Part shown: positions 10,182-20,861 of the stretch, piece by piece
Layout of the letters: the number at the start of each line of letters is the position of its first letter
How positions within the stretch are numbered: position 1 is the stretch's first letter
DNA from: Pelagomonas calceolata
Lineage: Eukaryota
NCBI GenBank assembly: GCA_918797485.1
Contig: CAKKNE010000002.1
Coordinates: 2,046,001-2,110,000 of the forward strand
Direction: 5' to 3'
DNA length: 64,000 bases
Program-made: the position numbers and the translations under genes
Notes under the pieces: model-generated
Databases searched by the model: none
Told to the model about the DNA's origin: nothing
What the model saw: only the letters and a program-made list of their open reading frames with translations

Positions 10182-11578
10182 CTAGAATACGGCTCCGGAC
10201 GCGACGGCGCCGCCGAAGGCCGTCGCCGCGAGGCCGACGACCCCTAGAATTTTCATGCTTGGCGAAAACGTCTCCGCCTCGGCCTCCTCCCCTGGGAGAG
10301 ACGGCTCGCGCGTCAGAGAAACGCCCTCGCCCTCTGCAACTTCCTCAGTCTGTTGTACATACTCGCGCGCCGCCCGGGGAAAACCCTCAGCGAGGAGCTC
10401 CTCGATGCATTTCTCTATCGATTTGTCTGGGTATTTCCCGCCCATCGATTCTGGTAGAGCAGACAAGGGAATGCCTGCTTTCTGCATCGCTGGTAAGTAA
10501 GCCGACTTGCCCCCCAAGATCTTGATCTTGTCGCGCGTGACCGGATGTATGAGGGGCGAGATCACCTTGTAGGCTGATCTGAAAATAAAGGGCGCGTTCA
10601 CGATAAATAGCTTCCATGCTGTTTCTGGAAAGAAACTTCCAGCACCCGTCACGATGGCCTTGGCCATGTCCCTCACACTGGACGAAGACATACTCATGGT
10701 AGAAAGTTTAGATAAGTCCATGACCTGTGCGTAAATCAACCAGTGAGTCGAGTGCATGATAATTCTTCACTAAGTCCTTCCTCGACGAAAACGCGACCGT
10801 GCTGACCGAATCGAGCGATGGAAGACCCCCACGGCCGCGCCATCGAGCCGGCGTCGCGTCGATGGCGTGGAGGTCATGATGCAGCAGTGGCAGAGACGCG
10901 TCGCGACATTTTGATTTATGCACTGTGCACCACGTAGACATTTTTATATCTACGGGGCCCTCGCGTCTCGCAGGCGCGGATCTGGGCCGCTCGGATTGCT
11001 TCCAAGGTCTTCATCCTCAACACCTTGGCCTCGTCGACCGTTAAACCCTTCTTCACGACTCCCGCGATGTCCCCAAGTTGTTCGCACCACACGAGGTGAC
11101 CCTGAAAGTCGACACCGCCCACTCGCGCGTTCATGACTCCATTCAATAATTCTTCTTTGGGTAATTTTTCGCTGAGGATGGACGGGTGCTCCCGGAGCCA
11201 TTTCCCGACCGTACCATAAGTTTCTATGGCCTCTTGCACGTTTTCGTCATCAGTACCATTGTTGTTCGTGATCATGCCTCGGAAAATCCTCACACGACTC
11301 GTCTCGTCAAAACTCTCCATCACCGACGCGTCCTCGAGCTTCGCGACGATTTCGTCTTTGAGCTTCGTTTCCTCTTGCTCAGTGAGAGGCTTGCCCTCCT
11401 CGAGCTCGTCATTCAAAGCCAATCCTAATTTGGCCAACTGGTCGTCGTCGGCCTCGACTCTTGGATTGACGACCGTGCCGAGTTTTTGTTTCGTGCTCCG
11501 CCGCCTCTCCAAGCGCTCTTCGGGCGTCGAGCCGTCTTCTCCCAGCGCGGCCGGCTTCTTCGAGGCGCAACAGCCCAT
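10182..11578 (-). CDS. CRAL-TRIO/SEC14-like lipid-binding protein with N-acylation motif and C-terminal TM (exons 11578-10934, 10724-10182)
   Basis: MGCCASK start. Splicing gives RRYKNVY|VMDLSKL...FFPETAWKLFIVNAPFIFRSAYKVISPLIHPVTRDKIKILG. An alternative donor at 10930 is possible. Confidence 0.85.
10725..10933 (-). mobile_element. Introner-like intron with 15-bp TIRs
   Basis: CTGTGCGTAAATCAA (10725-10739) and TTGATTTATGCACTG (10911-10925) match 13/15 as inverted repeats. The GT donor lies 8 nt outside the TIR (degenerate TSD GTGGTGCA vs GTCATGGA). Internal GTCGATGGCGT core. Confidence 0.8.
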
Positions 11579-11786
11579 TTTTGCGCTTTATCTCGTCGGT
11601 GTCGCTGGACGCGATCCTGCTGCGATTGCTGGCTGTCGGGAGCGCCGCTGTGGCTACCCGGTTGCAAGCGATGAGTATGTGATGCGCTGCGGCTGCGGCA
11701 GATATATATGATGACCGCTCGCGCCAATCTGTTGGCCAGCGGTGGTTAGGCTCCTCGCGACGCTGTTGCTTGTGCTCGGCTAATTC

Positions 11787-11808
11787 TTAGCGTCCTGTAA
11801 CACACTAG
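11787..11808. promoter_or_regulatory. Bipartite CTAG upstream element
   Basis: TTAGCGTCCTGTAACACACTAG in a divergent intergenic region. Confidence 0.5.
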
Positions 11809-11925
11809 GAAGACGGGCCTTGGCCAGGTGTGAATAAAACCTACACGCTGGCTACTGCTGCAAGATAGCGTGCGCGAGCAACTCAAGCCATTGTACTTGC
11901 ATCGATGTGACAGTTTCTTGCATCG

Positions 11926-14265
11926 ATGGAGCTCCCCAGACTCTCCGGCTCGGGCGGACTGGCTGCGGCCGTCTCCGCCGCTCTGGAGAGCGGTGCGGCC
12001 TCCCGCACGCTCCTGGTCTTCGACTTTGACCGCACGCTCACCAACGGCATCTCGAGACCCGGCGACGAGATAGTCAAGGTGGTGCGGGGCGGCGAGGCCA
12101 CGGTGGCGGCGCTGCGCCGGGCCCACGACGCCGGCGCGGGGCTGTTCATCGTCACGGCGCGCCGCCCGGCGCGACTCTCCGTGGAGCAGATCTTCGCCTC
12201 GCTGGACAACGCGCAGGCGGCGCTCTCGCCCTTTTTCCCGCGCGGCGACTGCGCGGAGTTCCGGTTCAATGACATTCCAATGGCCCGCGGCGGCAGCGTC
12301 TACGCGTCGGGGTACGAGAAGGCCGCCGCCCTGGCGCACATCGTCTCCGCCCAAAAACGGGCGGGGCTGCGCGTCTTCTTCTTCGACGACAGCGTCGTGA
12401 ACTCGTACGTCGTGGCCACCTCCGCGGCGCAGCACATGGCGGGGGGGGCGCTGGCGCCGGCGGTGGCGGAGCTGACGTCGTACTGGTGGGACTCGTACGC
12501 GGAGGAGATGGGCCCCGGCCCGACGATGGGGCCGTCGCCGCTGGGCACCGCCGACAGCAACTACCCGGACCACCTGCGGCACATGCTCCGGGCCTACGGC
12601 GTCACCGCGGCCGAGCGCGACGCGCGGATCGCGGCGTACCGCGCCGCGGGCCACGTCCGGCCTTCGGTCGCGCGCGGCGTCGGCGCCGAGCGCGCGCGCG
12701 TCGAGGCCGCGAGCCAAGCCAGCCGCGCCAAGATGAGCGGGCTGGCGGAGACGTTGGGCGCGCGCTTCGCCCGCGGCCCGCGCCCTCCGCCGGCGCCCGG
12801 CGCCGCCCGCGCGCCAGCCAAGGGCGGCGGGCTCGGCGCGCTCTTGGGCGCGCGCCGGCCTCCGCCGCCACGGGCCTCCGCGGGCGTCGCGGGGGGCTGG
12901 CGGGCCCAGGCCGCGGCGCAAAAGGCGCGGGCCGCGGCGGCCGCCGCTCTCTTCGGAGGGCGGAGCGCCGCCTCGCTCCCGCCCGGGCCGCTCTCGGCGC
13001 CGCGGTGGGAGACGGCGTTCCAGGTCGGGCGGCCGGCCGAGGGCACCACGGGCGGGCTCGCCTTCATCGCGACGCTCGCCGGGGCCTTCGCCGTCAAGGC
13101 CGCCGACGACGTCGCCGAGGAGTTCGTCGGCACGCGGTTCCTGCGGGCGGCCGGCGCCCCCGTCCCCGGCGCGCGCGTCGTGTTCCCCGCCGACGCTGAA
13201 CACGCCTCCATCCTCGCGGCGGTCGAAGCGGTCGCGAAGCAGTACTCGCGCCGCGGCGACGCCGAGGGCGCGCAGGCCGTGATGGTCCACGTCCTCGTCG
13301 GCCTGCGCAAGTACGACGGCCCCCTCCTGCTGCTCGAGCTCGTACCCGCCGCCCGCGCCCTCGACGACATCGGCGCCTCGGCTGCGCTCCTGCTCGAGCC
13401 CGCCGCGGGGAGTAGGGCGCGCGCGCGGCTCGAGGCGATGGGGCGCGTCTGGATCGTCGATGCGGCCCTGCACTTTCACGACCGCTTTGCGTCGCGCCTG
13501 AGCTGCGCGGGATACGACGCCGCCGCCGCCGCGTACGCTGAGGGCGCCGCTGCCGATGGTGTGACGGGCAACCTGGGCAACATCCTGCTGACTGATGCTC
13601 CCCCCGGCGTGGCCGCCGTCGACTCCCACGTCAAGCTCGTCCGCGGCGCCGCGAGCGACGCCGCCGCCCTCGCCGCGGCCCGGGCCGAGGCGCGGGCGCG
13701 GCTGCGCACCGAGCTCGGCGAGCTGCTCGCGGAGGCGCGCGACGCGGCCGAGCGCGGCGCCCTCGCCACGGCCCCGAGCCGGAGCCTCGGCTGGCTCCGC
13801 GTCACGGTCGAGAGCAGCACGGGGCACTCGCTCTCCGACGGCGCGCTGGCGACCGCGCGCTTGGGTGCCCTCCGGGGCGTCGCCGGCGTGCCGGGCGCGG
13901 TGGCGTGGGCGCGGTCGGAGCTCGCGGCCGCGCGGCGCGGCGACGTCGGGGACGCCGACTGGCAGGCGGCGCTCGCCCGCATCGACGAGGAGGCGCTGGT
14001 GGCGGTGGGGCGGATCTTCGAGGGCCTGCTCGCCGAGCACGCCGGCCTGATGGCTACGCTGCCCCCGCCTCCCGCCGTGCCCGCCGTGGTGGCGAGCGGC
14101 GGAGCGGCGGTCGCGGAGCCCGCCCTTCTCGCGGAGTCCGAGCTGATGGCGGCGGAGCCTCGCCTCTGGGCCGCGTTGAGCTCTGAGCTCAGGAACGCGC
14201 TGCTCGACGAGCGCGTCCGCGGGGTGCCCGCCGGGCCGCACTCGGTGCAGTGGCCGGGGTGGTAA
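11926..14265 (+). CDS. HAD-like phosphatase domain fused to an actin-fragmin-kinase/PI3-PI4-kinase-like domain
   Basis: LLVFDFDRTL, FIVTAR, FFFDDS (HAD motifs); GTTGGLAFI...AFAVK...EEFVGTRFL..GAPVP, HDRF, GNLGNILL, VAAVDS (AFK-like). Confidence 0.65.
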   Translation: MELPRLSGSGGLAAAVSAALESGAASRTLLVFDFDRTLTNGISRPGDEIVKVVRGGEATVAALRRAHDAGAGLFIVTARRPARLSVEQIFASLDNAQAALSPFFPRGDCAEFRFNDIPMARGGSVYASGYEKAAALAHIVSAQKRAGLRVFFFDDSVVNSYVVATSAAQHMAGGALAPAVAELTSYWWDSYAEEMGPGPTMGPSPLGTADSNYPDHLRHMLRAYGVTAAERDARIAAYRAAGHVRPSVARGVGAERARVEAASQASRAKMSGLAETLGARFARGPRPPPAPGAARAPAKGGGLGALLGARRPPPPRASAGVAGGWRAQAAAQKARAAAAAALFGGRSAASLPPGPLSAPRWETAFQVGRPAEGTTGGLAFIATLAGAFAVKAADDVAEEFVGTRFLRAAGAPVPGARVVFPADAEHASILAAVEAVAKQYSRRGDAEGAQAVMVHVLVGLRKYDGPLLLLELVPAARALDDIGASAALLLEPAAGSRARARLEAMGRVWIVDAALHFHDRFASRLSCAGYDAAAAAYAEGAAADGVTGNLGNILLTDAPPGVAAVDSHVKLVRGAASDAAALAAARAEARARLRTELGELLAEARDAAERGALATAPSRSLGWLRVTVESSTGHSLSDGALATARLGALRGVAGVPGAVAWARSELAAARRGDVGDADWQAALARIDEEALVAVGRIFEGLLAEHAGLMATLPPPPAVPAVVASGGAAVAEPALLAESELMAAEPRLWAALSSELRNALLDERVRGVPAGPHSVQWPGW

Positions 14266-14309
14266 GTAGTAGTGAGTGTTAGGTGTCACACAACACACTT
14301 GTTAGAAAA

Positions 14310-16583
14310 CTACGGCCCGCCCCACGCCCCGGGAATGAAGACTGGTGCATCTGCGGCGAGCGCTCCGAATTTTGCCGCCGCCGGCACAGGCATCGCCAGC
14401 CGCACGGCCGAGGCCTCGGCCACCTCCACCGGAGGCGTTGAAACTTTCTTCTTCTTCTTCTCGCGCTGCGGCTCGCCCGGGGGGATGGCTTTGGACGGAT
14501 CTAACAGTATCTCGTCCAGCCGCTTGATGACGGCCCTATATTCGTCCACGGCGCCGTCGTCGGAGTAGATGGCCAGTACTGAACACGATTGTTTGCGCAG
14601 GGCCTTGCCTAGTCTCCTTTTCCCGAGCGCGAACGCGACGGGAATTTTGGCCGCGGCGGCACCATCTAAAATCTCGGTGATCTGCCTCTGTAACTCTTCA
14701 CCGTCACTGACGTTGGGCGCCACGATGAGGCACTTCACTTGCTGAGCGCGCACGCCCCGTCTCACCTCCCTGAGTCCGAAGACCACTCGTCTCCTCATCT
14801 TCGCCTTGGTAGGATCCCGCAGCCGAGCCCTTTCCTGGAATTCGAAGAGCTTCGACACTAGTGCGGCGCAGGCGTTATCTAATAAACCATCTCGGGGATG
14901 CGACGCGTAGTCCCGCGACGTCTCGTCCCTAGCTGGCTTCGGCAGGTCCCTAGCCGCGGCATATTTGCGCGGCAGACGCACGACCTCGCCGCGCTTGTTT
15001 TTGATGAGCAGCTTCTGCGCTTCAATAGCCTCGCGCACGGCCGCCTCGGCTCTTCTTCGATCTTCCTCGAGCGCCGGATCCGCTACTGCCTCATATGAAG
15101 CGTTCAATAACCGCATCTTGAGCAGCTGGCCGCCCAAGACAACGCCAGCCAAGGCGCTCTGGGCGAGCTTGCACAACCGTTCCGACGGGAAGCTTATTAA
15201 CACGTCGTGTTCTTGGTGGGACACCTCGAGCACGCCCGACGCCTTCTGCTCGATGAGTCGACGGAGGTCGCCAAGGGCCTCGTCCTTCGCGTCCTCATCT
15301 GCTAAGTCGTCGGAAGATAGAGCTTCTAACAATGAGATGACCGACGCATCTCTCGGAGAGCACTCGACGTCGCACTGGAGCTGTGAACCACCAATAGTAG
15401 TCTTGGCGAAGGCTCGCTGCGCCTTCAGGGCGTGCGTCGGCGTCGAGAAGGTCAGGCGCACGTCCCTATTAACCTTCGATAAGGCTCCTGGTAATACCTC
15501 TGGTGGTGTCGCGAGGGCACCATGAACGCAAGCTAACCGAGACAAGTCCTCGAGGACTTCGTCGCGGCAGTCCTCGTCCTCGAACTCGTCTTCATCGAGC
15601 GCGTCATACACTCTGACAACACACGACGCGTCCCGCGCCGGAGGGCGTAGAGGTTCAGCTGACAAAGCAATCCCACCGACGACCCGCTTCTGCAATCCCT
15701 GCAAAGCTTTGTGCGCCTCGTCGGCCGTCGAGAACGACACGTCGATGGGCACGAACTCATCTGTCACAGCGTCGCCGACCTCGACCGCTACAACCGAAGC
15801 ATAGGCGGAACAGATGTCCCCGACATCTCGCAGGATCTCCTCCCGCTCTTCGTCGTCCTCCAGCTCCGGAGCCGTGCAGGCGTTCTCGACCCTTACGACA
15901 AATCGCTTCTCCAAGCCAGTGGCGTCGGAAAAGGCCTCCCAGGGCACCTCCTCCCTCACTGATGCTGCAGGACGCATCTCCGGGTGTGCTTGATAATATT
16001 TCTCCTGCCGTTCGAGCAAGATGCGCTTCTTTAGTGAGGACAAACGTTTTTTGCGGACCTTGCCCGGAGCTAGTCGCGGCGGCGGCATCTGGATGACGAC
16101 CTTAGGCTTCGGCGGAGTCTTGATAGGCTTCTTCTTCTTCTTCTTGGCCGCCAGGACGTCAAACACGACAAAGTTGCGCTGGGGCTTCGGCTTGAGGAAC
16201 CCTTTCTTGGATGGTGGTGGCTTCGGCTCCATGACGGAAGGCCGCAATACCAAGGGTGCTTGTCGTAGGGCCGGGAAGTCGCCTCCTAGGGATGCGGCTG
16301 GTCTCACAGGCGCGCCCCACGGGTTCGCCGGCGGCCTCTGCGGTGGCAGGCTCTGTGGCGGCGGTCTCTGCGGCGGGCTCGGCGGCCGTCTGGACACAAC
16401 TTCGAGACTCCGGAAGTCGACGGGCGCCTGGCGCTGGCCCTGCCAGGGCGCGGGCGGCGCCACGTACACGGGTTTGGGCGGCGGCGGCGGCGGCTTCGGG
16501 GGCCGCCTCTCGCCGCGCGGCGGCCGGGCCGGCGGCGCGCGCATGCCGCGGCGCCAGTTCTGGTCGCTGTCGGCGGTGGACAT
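14310..16583 (-). CDS. SBP2: SECIS-binding protein 2-like (L7Ae) with three inserted RRM/UHM-like domains
   Basis: K-rich KKRLSSLKKRILLER; LFEFQERARLRDPTKAKMRRRVVFGLREVRRG...KCLIVAPN...IPVAFALGKRRLGKAL (SBP2 L7Ae). Three repeats of 'EL.DDE.REEIL.D...C..YG/HG ... F.....A..A...L....VGG'. Confidence 0.85.
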   Translation of the reverse strand: MSTADSDQNWRRGMRAPPARPPRGERRPPKPPPPPPKPVYVAPPAPWQGQRQAPVDFRSLEVVSRRPPSPPQRPPPQSLPPQRPPANPWGAPVRPAASLGGDFPALRQAPLVLRPSVMEPKPPPSKKGFLKPKPQRNFVVFDVLAAKKKKKKPIKTPPKPKVVIQMPPPRLAPGKVRKKRLSSLKKRILLERQEKYYQAHPEMRPAASVREEVPWEAFSDATGLEKRFVVRVENACTAPELEDDEEREEILRDVGDICSAYASVVAVEVGDAVTDEFVPIDVSFSTADEAHKALQGLQKRVVGGIALSAEPLRPPARDASCVVRVYDALDEDEFEDEDCRDEVLEDLSRLACVHGALATPPEVLPGALSKVNRDVRLTFSTPTHALKAQRAFAKTTIGGSQLQCDVECSPRDASVISLLEALSSDDLADEDAKDEALGDLRRLIEQKASGVLEVSHQEHDVLISFPSERLCKLAQSALAGVVLGGQLLKMRLLNASYEAVADPALEEDRRRAEAAVREAIEAQKLLIKNKRGEVVRLPRKYAAARDLPKPARDETSRDYASHPRDGLLDNACAALVSKLFEFQERARLRDPTKAKMRRRVVFGLREVRRGVRAQQVKCLIVAPNVSDGEELQRQITEILDGAAAAKIPVAFALGKRRLGKALRKQSCSVLAIYSDDGAVDEYRAVIKRLDEILLDPSKAIPPGEPQREKKKKKVSTPPVEVAEASAVRLAMPVPAAAKFGALAADAPVFIPGAWGGP

Positions 16584-16792
16584 CGCTGCGGCCTATATCG
16601 CTTTCGCCGGCGTCCGCAGGCGTTTTGTCACAGGGAGAGCACTTGGCTGCTGCGCAGCGTGTCAGCCGCTATTGATTCTTTTGCTAATATGTCACGTCCA
16701 GCACGTGCGAATCGTGCGTTACAAACACAGCAAAACGTATGAGCGCTGGCGCGCGGCGCTGGCGTCTCTTCAGCGGCGGAGAGGCTGGCTTG

Positions 16793-16812
16793 CTAGTGTC
16801 TTAAGCCGCTAG
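16793..16812. promoter_or_regulatory. Bipartite CTAG upstream element
   Basis: (GCTTG)CTAGTGTCTTAAGCCGCTAG, divergent region. Confidence 0.65.
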
Positions 16813-16978
16813 CTTTTATCGCACGCTTCCCACGACTCCCTTCCAGAGCCGCAGGCCACGCAACGGACGCCTCCAGGAACCCCCTCCCTCCAAAAGCAAT
16901 CAAAGCGGGTGCCAGCAACCGGTGCGCCAGTTGCGAACTTGGGCAGCCGCGCAAGCGGCGAAAGGCAGCCCCAACGCA

Positions 16979-19747
16979 ATGCCCGTGCCCAACCCGAGGC
17001 AGAGTATATACGCCCTGCGCGGCTGGATCGACCGCATCGAGCAGGACGCCCGCGCCGATGCAGCTAAGAAGTACGGCACCCTCGACGAGGCCAAGCCGGC
17101 GACGCCGCCCGAGGCCGCGAACCCGTGGGGCGCCGGCGAGGTCTCCATCCGCCTTACGCCGGAGCACGGCTGCGCGAGCGGCCCGCCCACGCGCGGGTCC
17201 GTCGTGACGCCCTCGCCGACGGAGGCGCCGCGGCCCTCACCGCCAGAGGCGGCGCGTGCACCGCTACGGAGCGAGCGCGCACCGCAGCGCGAGTGCGAGC
17301 GTGCACCGCTCCGGAGCGAGCGCTCACCGGCGGAAGAGCGGCGCGCACCGCAGCGCGAGTGCGCGACACGGGACTCCGACGACGCCGTCGCGGCGGCGCA
17401 CGCGCGGGCCCAACGCTACGAGGCAGAACGACGCGCCGAGCCCGCGTGCGCGCGGCGGCCCGAGCTGCGCGAGTGCGCGCCGCGGCCTGACAAACCTACA
17501 AACTTGCGCGCGTCCGCGCCGGCCGGCGGCGCGCCCGGCTCGCTCGACGAGGCGCGGCGGTTGCTGAAAGCCTGGTCATTCGTCGAGGAAGAGGCCCAGC
17601 GGCGGCGCGCCCGGGCGCTGCGGCGGTCGCCGTCCCCGGAAGCGCCGGTACAACGACGGCGGGCGCCGAAGCCGCGCTACAGCGATCCCGAACCGGAACC
17701 GCGGCCGCGCGCGCGGCGGCCGCCGGAGCCGCGGAGCCCGCCTGCGGTCGCGCGGTGGGGCGGGCCGCCGCCGCGGAGCCCGCCGCCTCCGCTCCGGCGC
17801 GAGGCGAGCCACGCGACGATGGGCCGGCCGCCCCAACGGGCGCGCGCGCCGCCGCCGCCCCGGGCGCCCGCGCTGCGCGTCGGGCGCACGCCCTCGCCGG
17901 CCCCGCCGCCGCCGCCGCCGCGCCGCCGCCGGCCCGCGGCGCCGCCCGTCGCGGTCCCCGCGCGGCCTCGGATTGATATGAAGGACCGCCACCTGCGCGC
18001 GGCCGAGCGGCGGCGCGCCGACGCGCTCGTCCAGCGCGAGCGCGCCGAGGCGAAGCGGTTGCAGCGAGCGGCCGAAGCGGAGCGCCGGCGCAACGAGGCC
18101 GAGGCCGCGGAGCGCCGCGACAACCAGCAGCGCCTGCGGGAGGCGCGCCAGCAGAAGCAGGCGGCGCTCGACGCGTTAGAAAGAGAGCGCGACCGGCGGC
18201 GCCGCGACGCCGTTGAAAGGAAGCGCCGCGCCGTCGAAGACAAGCGTCGGCACGAGGCGAGGGAGCGCGCGGCCCTCGAGCAGCAGCGGCGCGGTATGAT
18301 CCTCGCGAAGCGGTTCCGCGCGGACCGCGTCGCGATACTATTAGCGAGGATCGTGCGGGTGTGGGGCTCGTACGCGTGCAGCACCGCGCACCGACGGCGC
18401 CAGGCCGATCGGAGAGGGAGAAGGCTGCGCGAGCGGTTCCTGCGGGCGGCGCCCTTCCGCCGGTGGGCGGCGTTCACGCGGAACGCGAGGCGGGAGCGGC
18501 ACGCGTTCGCGCAAGAACGGTTGCTGACGAAGCCGTTCCGCGCGTGGGCGGCGTGGGTCGCGTCCAAGAGAATGGTTTTGATGCGCCTGGCGACGCTCTA
18601 TGAGTTCGGGGGCCTGTCGAAAGCGTGGAAGGTCTGGGCGCGGGCGACGGTCGTTTTGCGACGACGGTCCGAGTACGACCGCCTGCAGAGTCAATTAAGG
18701 CGCGACCGCGTCAACGAAGCCAAGGCGGAGCGCCACGACGAACGGCGGCTCGCGGCGAAGGCCTGGCGCGCCTGGGTGGTCTCAATGGCCGGCGCGTCGT
18801 CGCTCGCGAAGGTGCAGCGGCGGCAGAAGGTCGCGGCGCCGACGCGACCGGCGCGCGCCGCGCCGCCGCCGCGGAGTGCGCCGCCGCCGGTCGCGGAAAG
18901 ACGGCGCGCGGCGCCGAACCGCGTCGCGCCCACTTTGGATGAGAGACACAAGCAGCGCCAGGAGACGCGGAGGGCGCTCGCCGAGCGGACGAACGCGCGG
19001 CTCGCCGAACGACGCCAGCGCGAGGAGGCGGCGCGCGCCGCGCGCGCCGTGACGCACCAGGCCGCCTACGAGGAGCACGAGCGCCTGAAACGCGAGGAGA
19101 AGCAGGCGGAAGAGCAGCGCAGGGAGTTGATGCGCCAGCAATACCGCGTCGCGCGGCTCCACTACAATCGTGCTTTGCTGGTGTGGCGCTTGAAGGCGTG
19201 GGTGACCTTCGTCGAGACGGCGCGATCCGACTGGACGAAGGCGCGCAAATGGTATGATGACGGCCTCGCCCAAAAGATCTTTGATCAGTGGACGCGGTGG
19301 CGCGTCCTGCGGCGCGAGGCGACTCTAAAAAGGCAGCAGAAGATCCTGGCGGACGCGGCGCGGCTCACTGAAAAGGCGGCCGTCCGGCGGCCCTTTGCGA
19401 CGTGGGTCGCGCGCACGAACGACGTGTTGAGGAGAGCCGCGGACGTCGTCTCCCTAAAGAGACGGAAGACGCTCCAGGGCCGCCTCGTCGCCTGGCGGTT
19501 GAGAGCGGCCCGCGAGAAGCTCCGCTGGCAACACGCGGATGTGCGCGCGGACCGGATCTACAACAGGGCGATGCTCGTGAAGCTCGTCAGGAACTGGCGC
19601 GTGGCCGTCGACGCGTTTAAGCGCGACGCGGCGATCGCGGCGAGGGTCGCCGCGAAGCGTGCGGAAGTGAAGGGCTGGCTTGCGGGCGGCGACCTTGGGG
19701 CGTCTTTAGATGGCTCCCTGTCGGAGTCGCTCAAGTTTCTCACATGA
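16979..19747 (+). CDS. Coiled-coil protein with Sfi1-like W-repeats (CCDC191-like)
   Basis: Repeated 'A..H/Y..R.L....F/W..W' motifs and Arg/Glu-rich coiled coils; LDEARRLLKAW and LDERHKQRQETRRAL segments recall CCDC191. Confidence 0.55.
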   Translation: MPVPNPRQSIYALRGWIDRIEQDARADAAKKYGTLDEAKPATPPEAANPWGAGEVSIRLTPEHGCASGPPTRGSVVTPSPTEAPRPSPPEAARAPLRSERAPQRECERAPLRSERSPAEERRAPQRECATRDSDDAVAAAHARAQRYEAERRAEPACARRPELRECAPRPDKPTNLRASAPAGGAPGSLDEARRLLKAWSFVEEEAQRRRARALRRSPSPEAPVQRRRAPKPRYSDPEPEPRPRARRPPEPRSPPAVARWGGPPPRSPPPPLRREASHATMGRPPQRARAPPPPRAPALRVGRTPSPAPPPPPPRRRRPAAPPVAVPARPRIDMKDRHLRAAERRRADALVQRERAEAKRLQRAAEAERRRNEAEAAERRDNQQRLREARQQKQAALDALERERDRRRRDAVERKRRAVEDKRRHEARERAALEQQRRGMILAKRFRADRVAILLARIVRVWGSYACSTAHRRRQADRRGRRLRERFLRAAPFRRWAAFTRNARRERHAFAQERLLTKPFRAWAAWVASKRMVLMRLATLYEFGGLSKAWKVWARATVVLRRRSEYDRLQSQLRRDRVNEAKAERHDERRLAAKAWRAWVVSMAGASSLAKVQRRQKVAAPTRPARAAPPPRSAPPPVAERRRAAPNRVAPTLDERHKQRQETRRALAERTNARLAERRQREEAARAARAVTHQAAYEEHERLKREEKQAEEQRRELMRQQYRVARLHYNRALLVWRLKAWVTFVETARSDWTKARKWYDDGLAQKIFDQWTRWRVLRREATLKRQQKILADAARLTEKAAVRRPFATWVARTNDVLRRAADVVSLKRRKTLQGRLVAWRLRAAREKLRWQHADVRADRIYNRAMLVKLVRNWRVAVDAFKRDAAIAARVAAKRAEVKGWLAGGDLGASLDGSLSESLKFLT

Positions 19748-20691
19748 TTAAGATTTTCTACGGAACACTAGGACCCGCGCCGTGGGGTCGTGGACGAGCG
19801 GCGCGTCGACGGCGTAGGGCGCGAGGAAGTCGTCGCGGAGCCCGTCGACGAAGTCGTCGCCTTTTTTTAGGCGGAGCGCGTGCCAGGGACCGCATTCGGT
19901 CATCGCGTCGAACATTTCCGACGCGTTGGGCCACTGGATTCTGTATTTGAGCGGGTGGGAGAACAGGACCTCGCCGCCGGCGCTTTCTATCGCAGACGGG
20001 AGCGAGTCCTCCCAGCCCTGGACTCCGCGGCGCGCGCCGTCGCCGAGCGCTGCTCGGAGCAGGCGTCCCCAGTGCGCCCACGGGCCCCGCTTTTCCACGC
20101 CTTGGCCCATAGGCCAATAGATAACGACGGCGACGCCGCCAATTTTCAGACAACGTGTCCACGCTTGTATAGCTTGCGCGTGGTCGGGCATTTGTTGCAG
20201 TCCGAAGACGGAGAATAAGGCCGCATATTCGCCCGAGGGCGCCATCGCGTCTTCGACGGCGCACGAAAGTCTCGGATTCCCTTCGCAGCGTTTTTGCGCG
20301 ACCTCAATCATACCTGCGTGGTGGCGACGGCGTGACCGAAGGCTTCCCCTTTACGCCATCGACGCCGCGTCGCACCGGGTGCCAAGTCCGTCCCACGCAC
20401 GTTTCTATTCTTCAGCAACTCCGCGACGAGCGGCAGCTCGTGGCCGGGGCCGCACGTCGGCACCAGAACGTCTCCTTGTGGCAATTTGAACTCGGTGCTG
20501 CCCAGCAAGGCGAGCGCGTTGTCCGTCCAGGGCTTGAATCTAGGGACGAAGATCTCGTCGTAGCCCTCGGCCGCGATGGACCACGACTCGGCTAGGATCG
20601 ATGCGGGCGCGAGCGTGCCTTTCGCGTTGCTCGTCATGGAGGCCATGCGAACGCGTGCAGACGAGGTCAGCAATAATTTGAGCGTTCGCAT
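19748..20691 (-). CDS. Class I SAM-dependent methyltransferase (exons 20691-20376, 20313-19748)
   Basis: VLVPTCGPGHEL and GTDLAP-G-MIEVA joined by a 62-nt GT-AG intron (20375-20314); SVFGLQQMPD, CLKIGG. The start could be a downstream Met. Confidence 0.8.
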
Positions 20692-20861
20692 TCGATGGAT
20701 GCCGGGTGCTGGCAGGACAAGGAGATGAGAACCGCCGAAGGGATGCTCTGTACTAAACCCAGCGCAGTGCACGGTAACAATTAGTAGCTGCCAACGATTT
20801 GCCGGTGTCCAGGTCCCCGCAGTGCACTCGTACGGCAGTTTTTGGGGTGCGCACTCAAATG

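Noticed and set aside
11746..14298. 850-aa minus-strand ORF, and many similar Arg/Ala/Pro-rich shadow ORFs (e.g. 1790-2833, 37063-37995, 59281-60201)
   Set aside because: These are antisense or out-of-frame shadows of real GC-rich genes, with low-complexity translations and no motifs.
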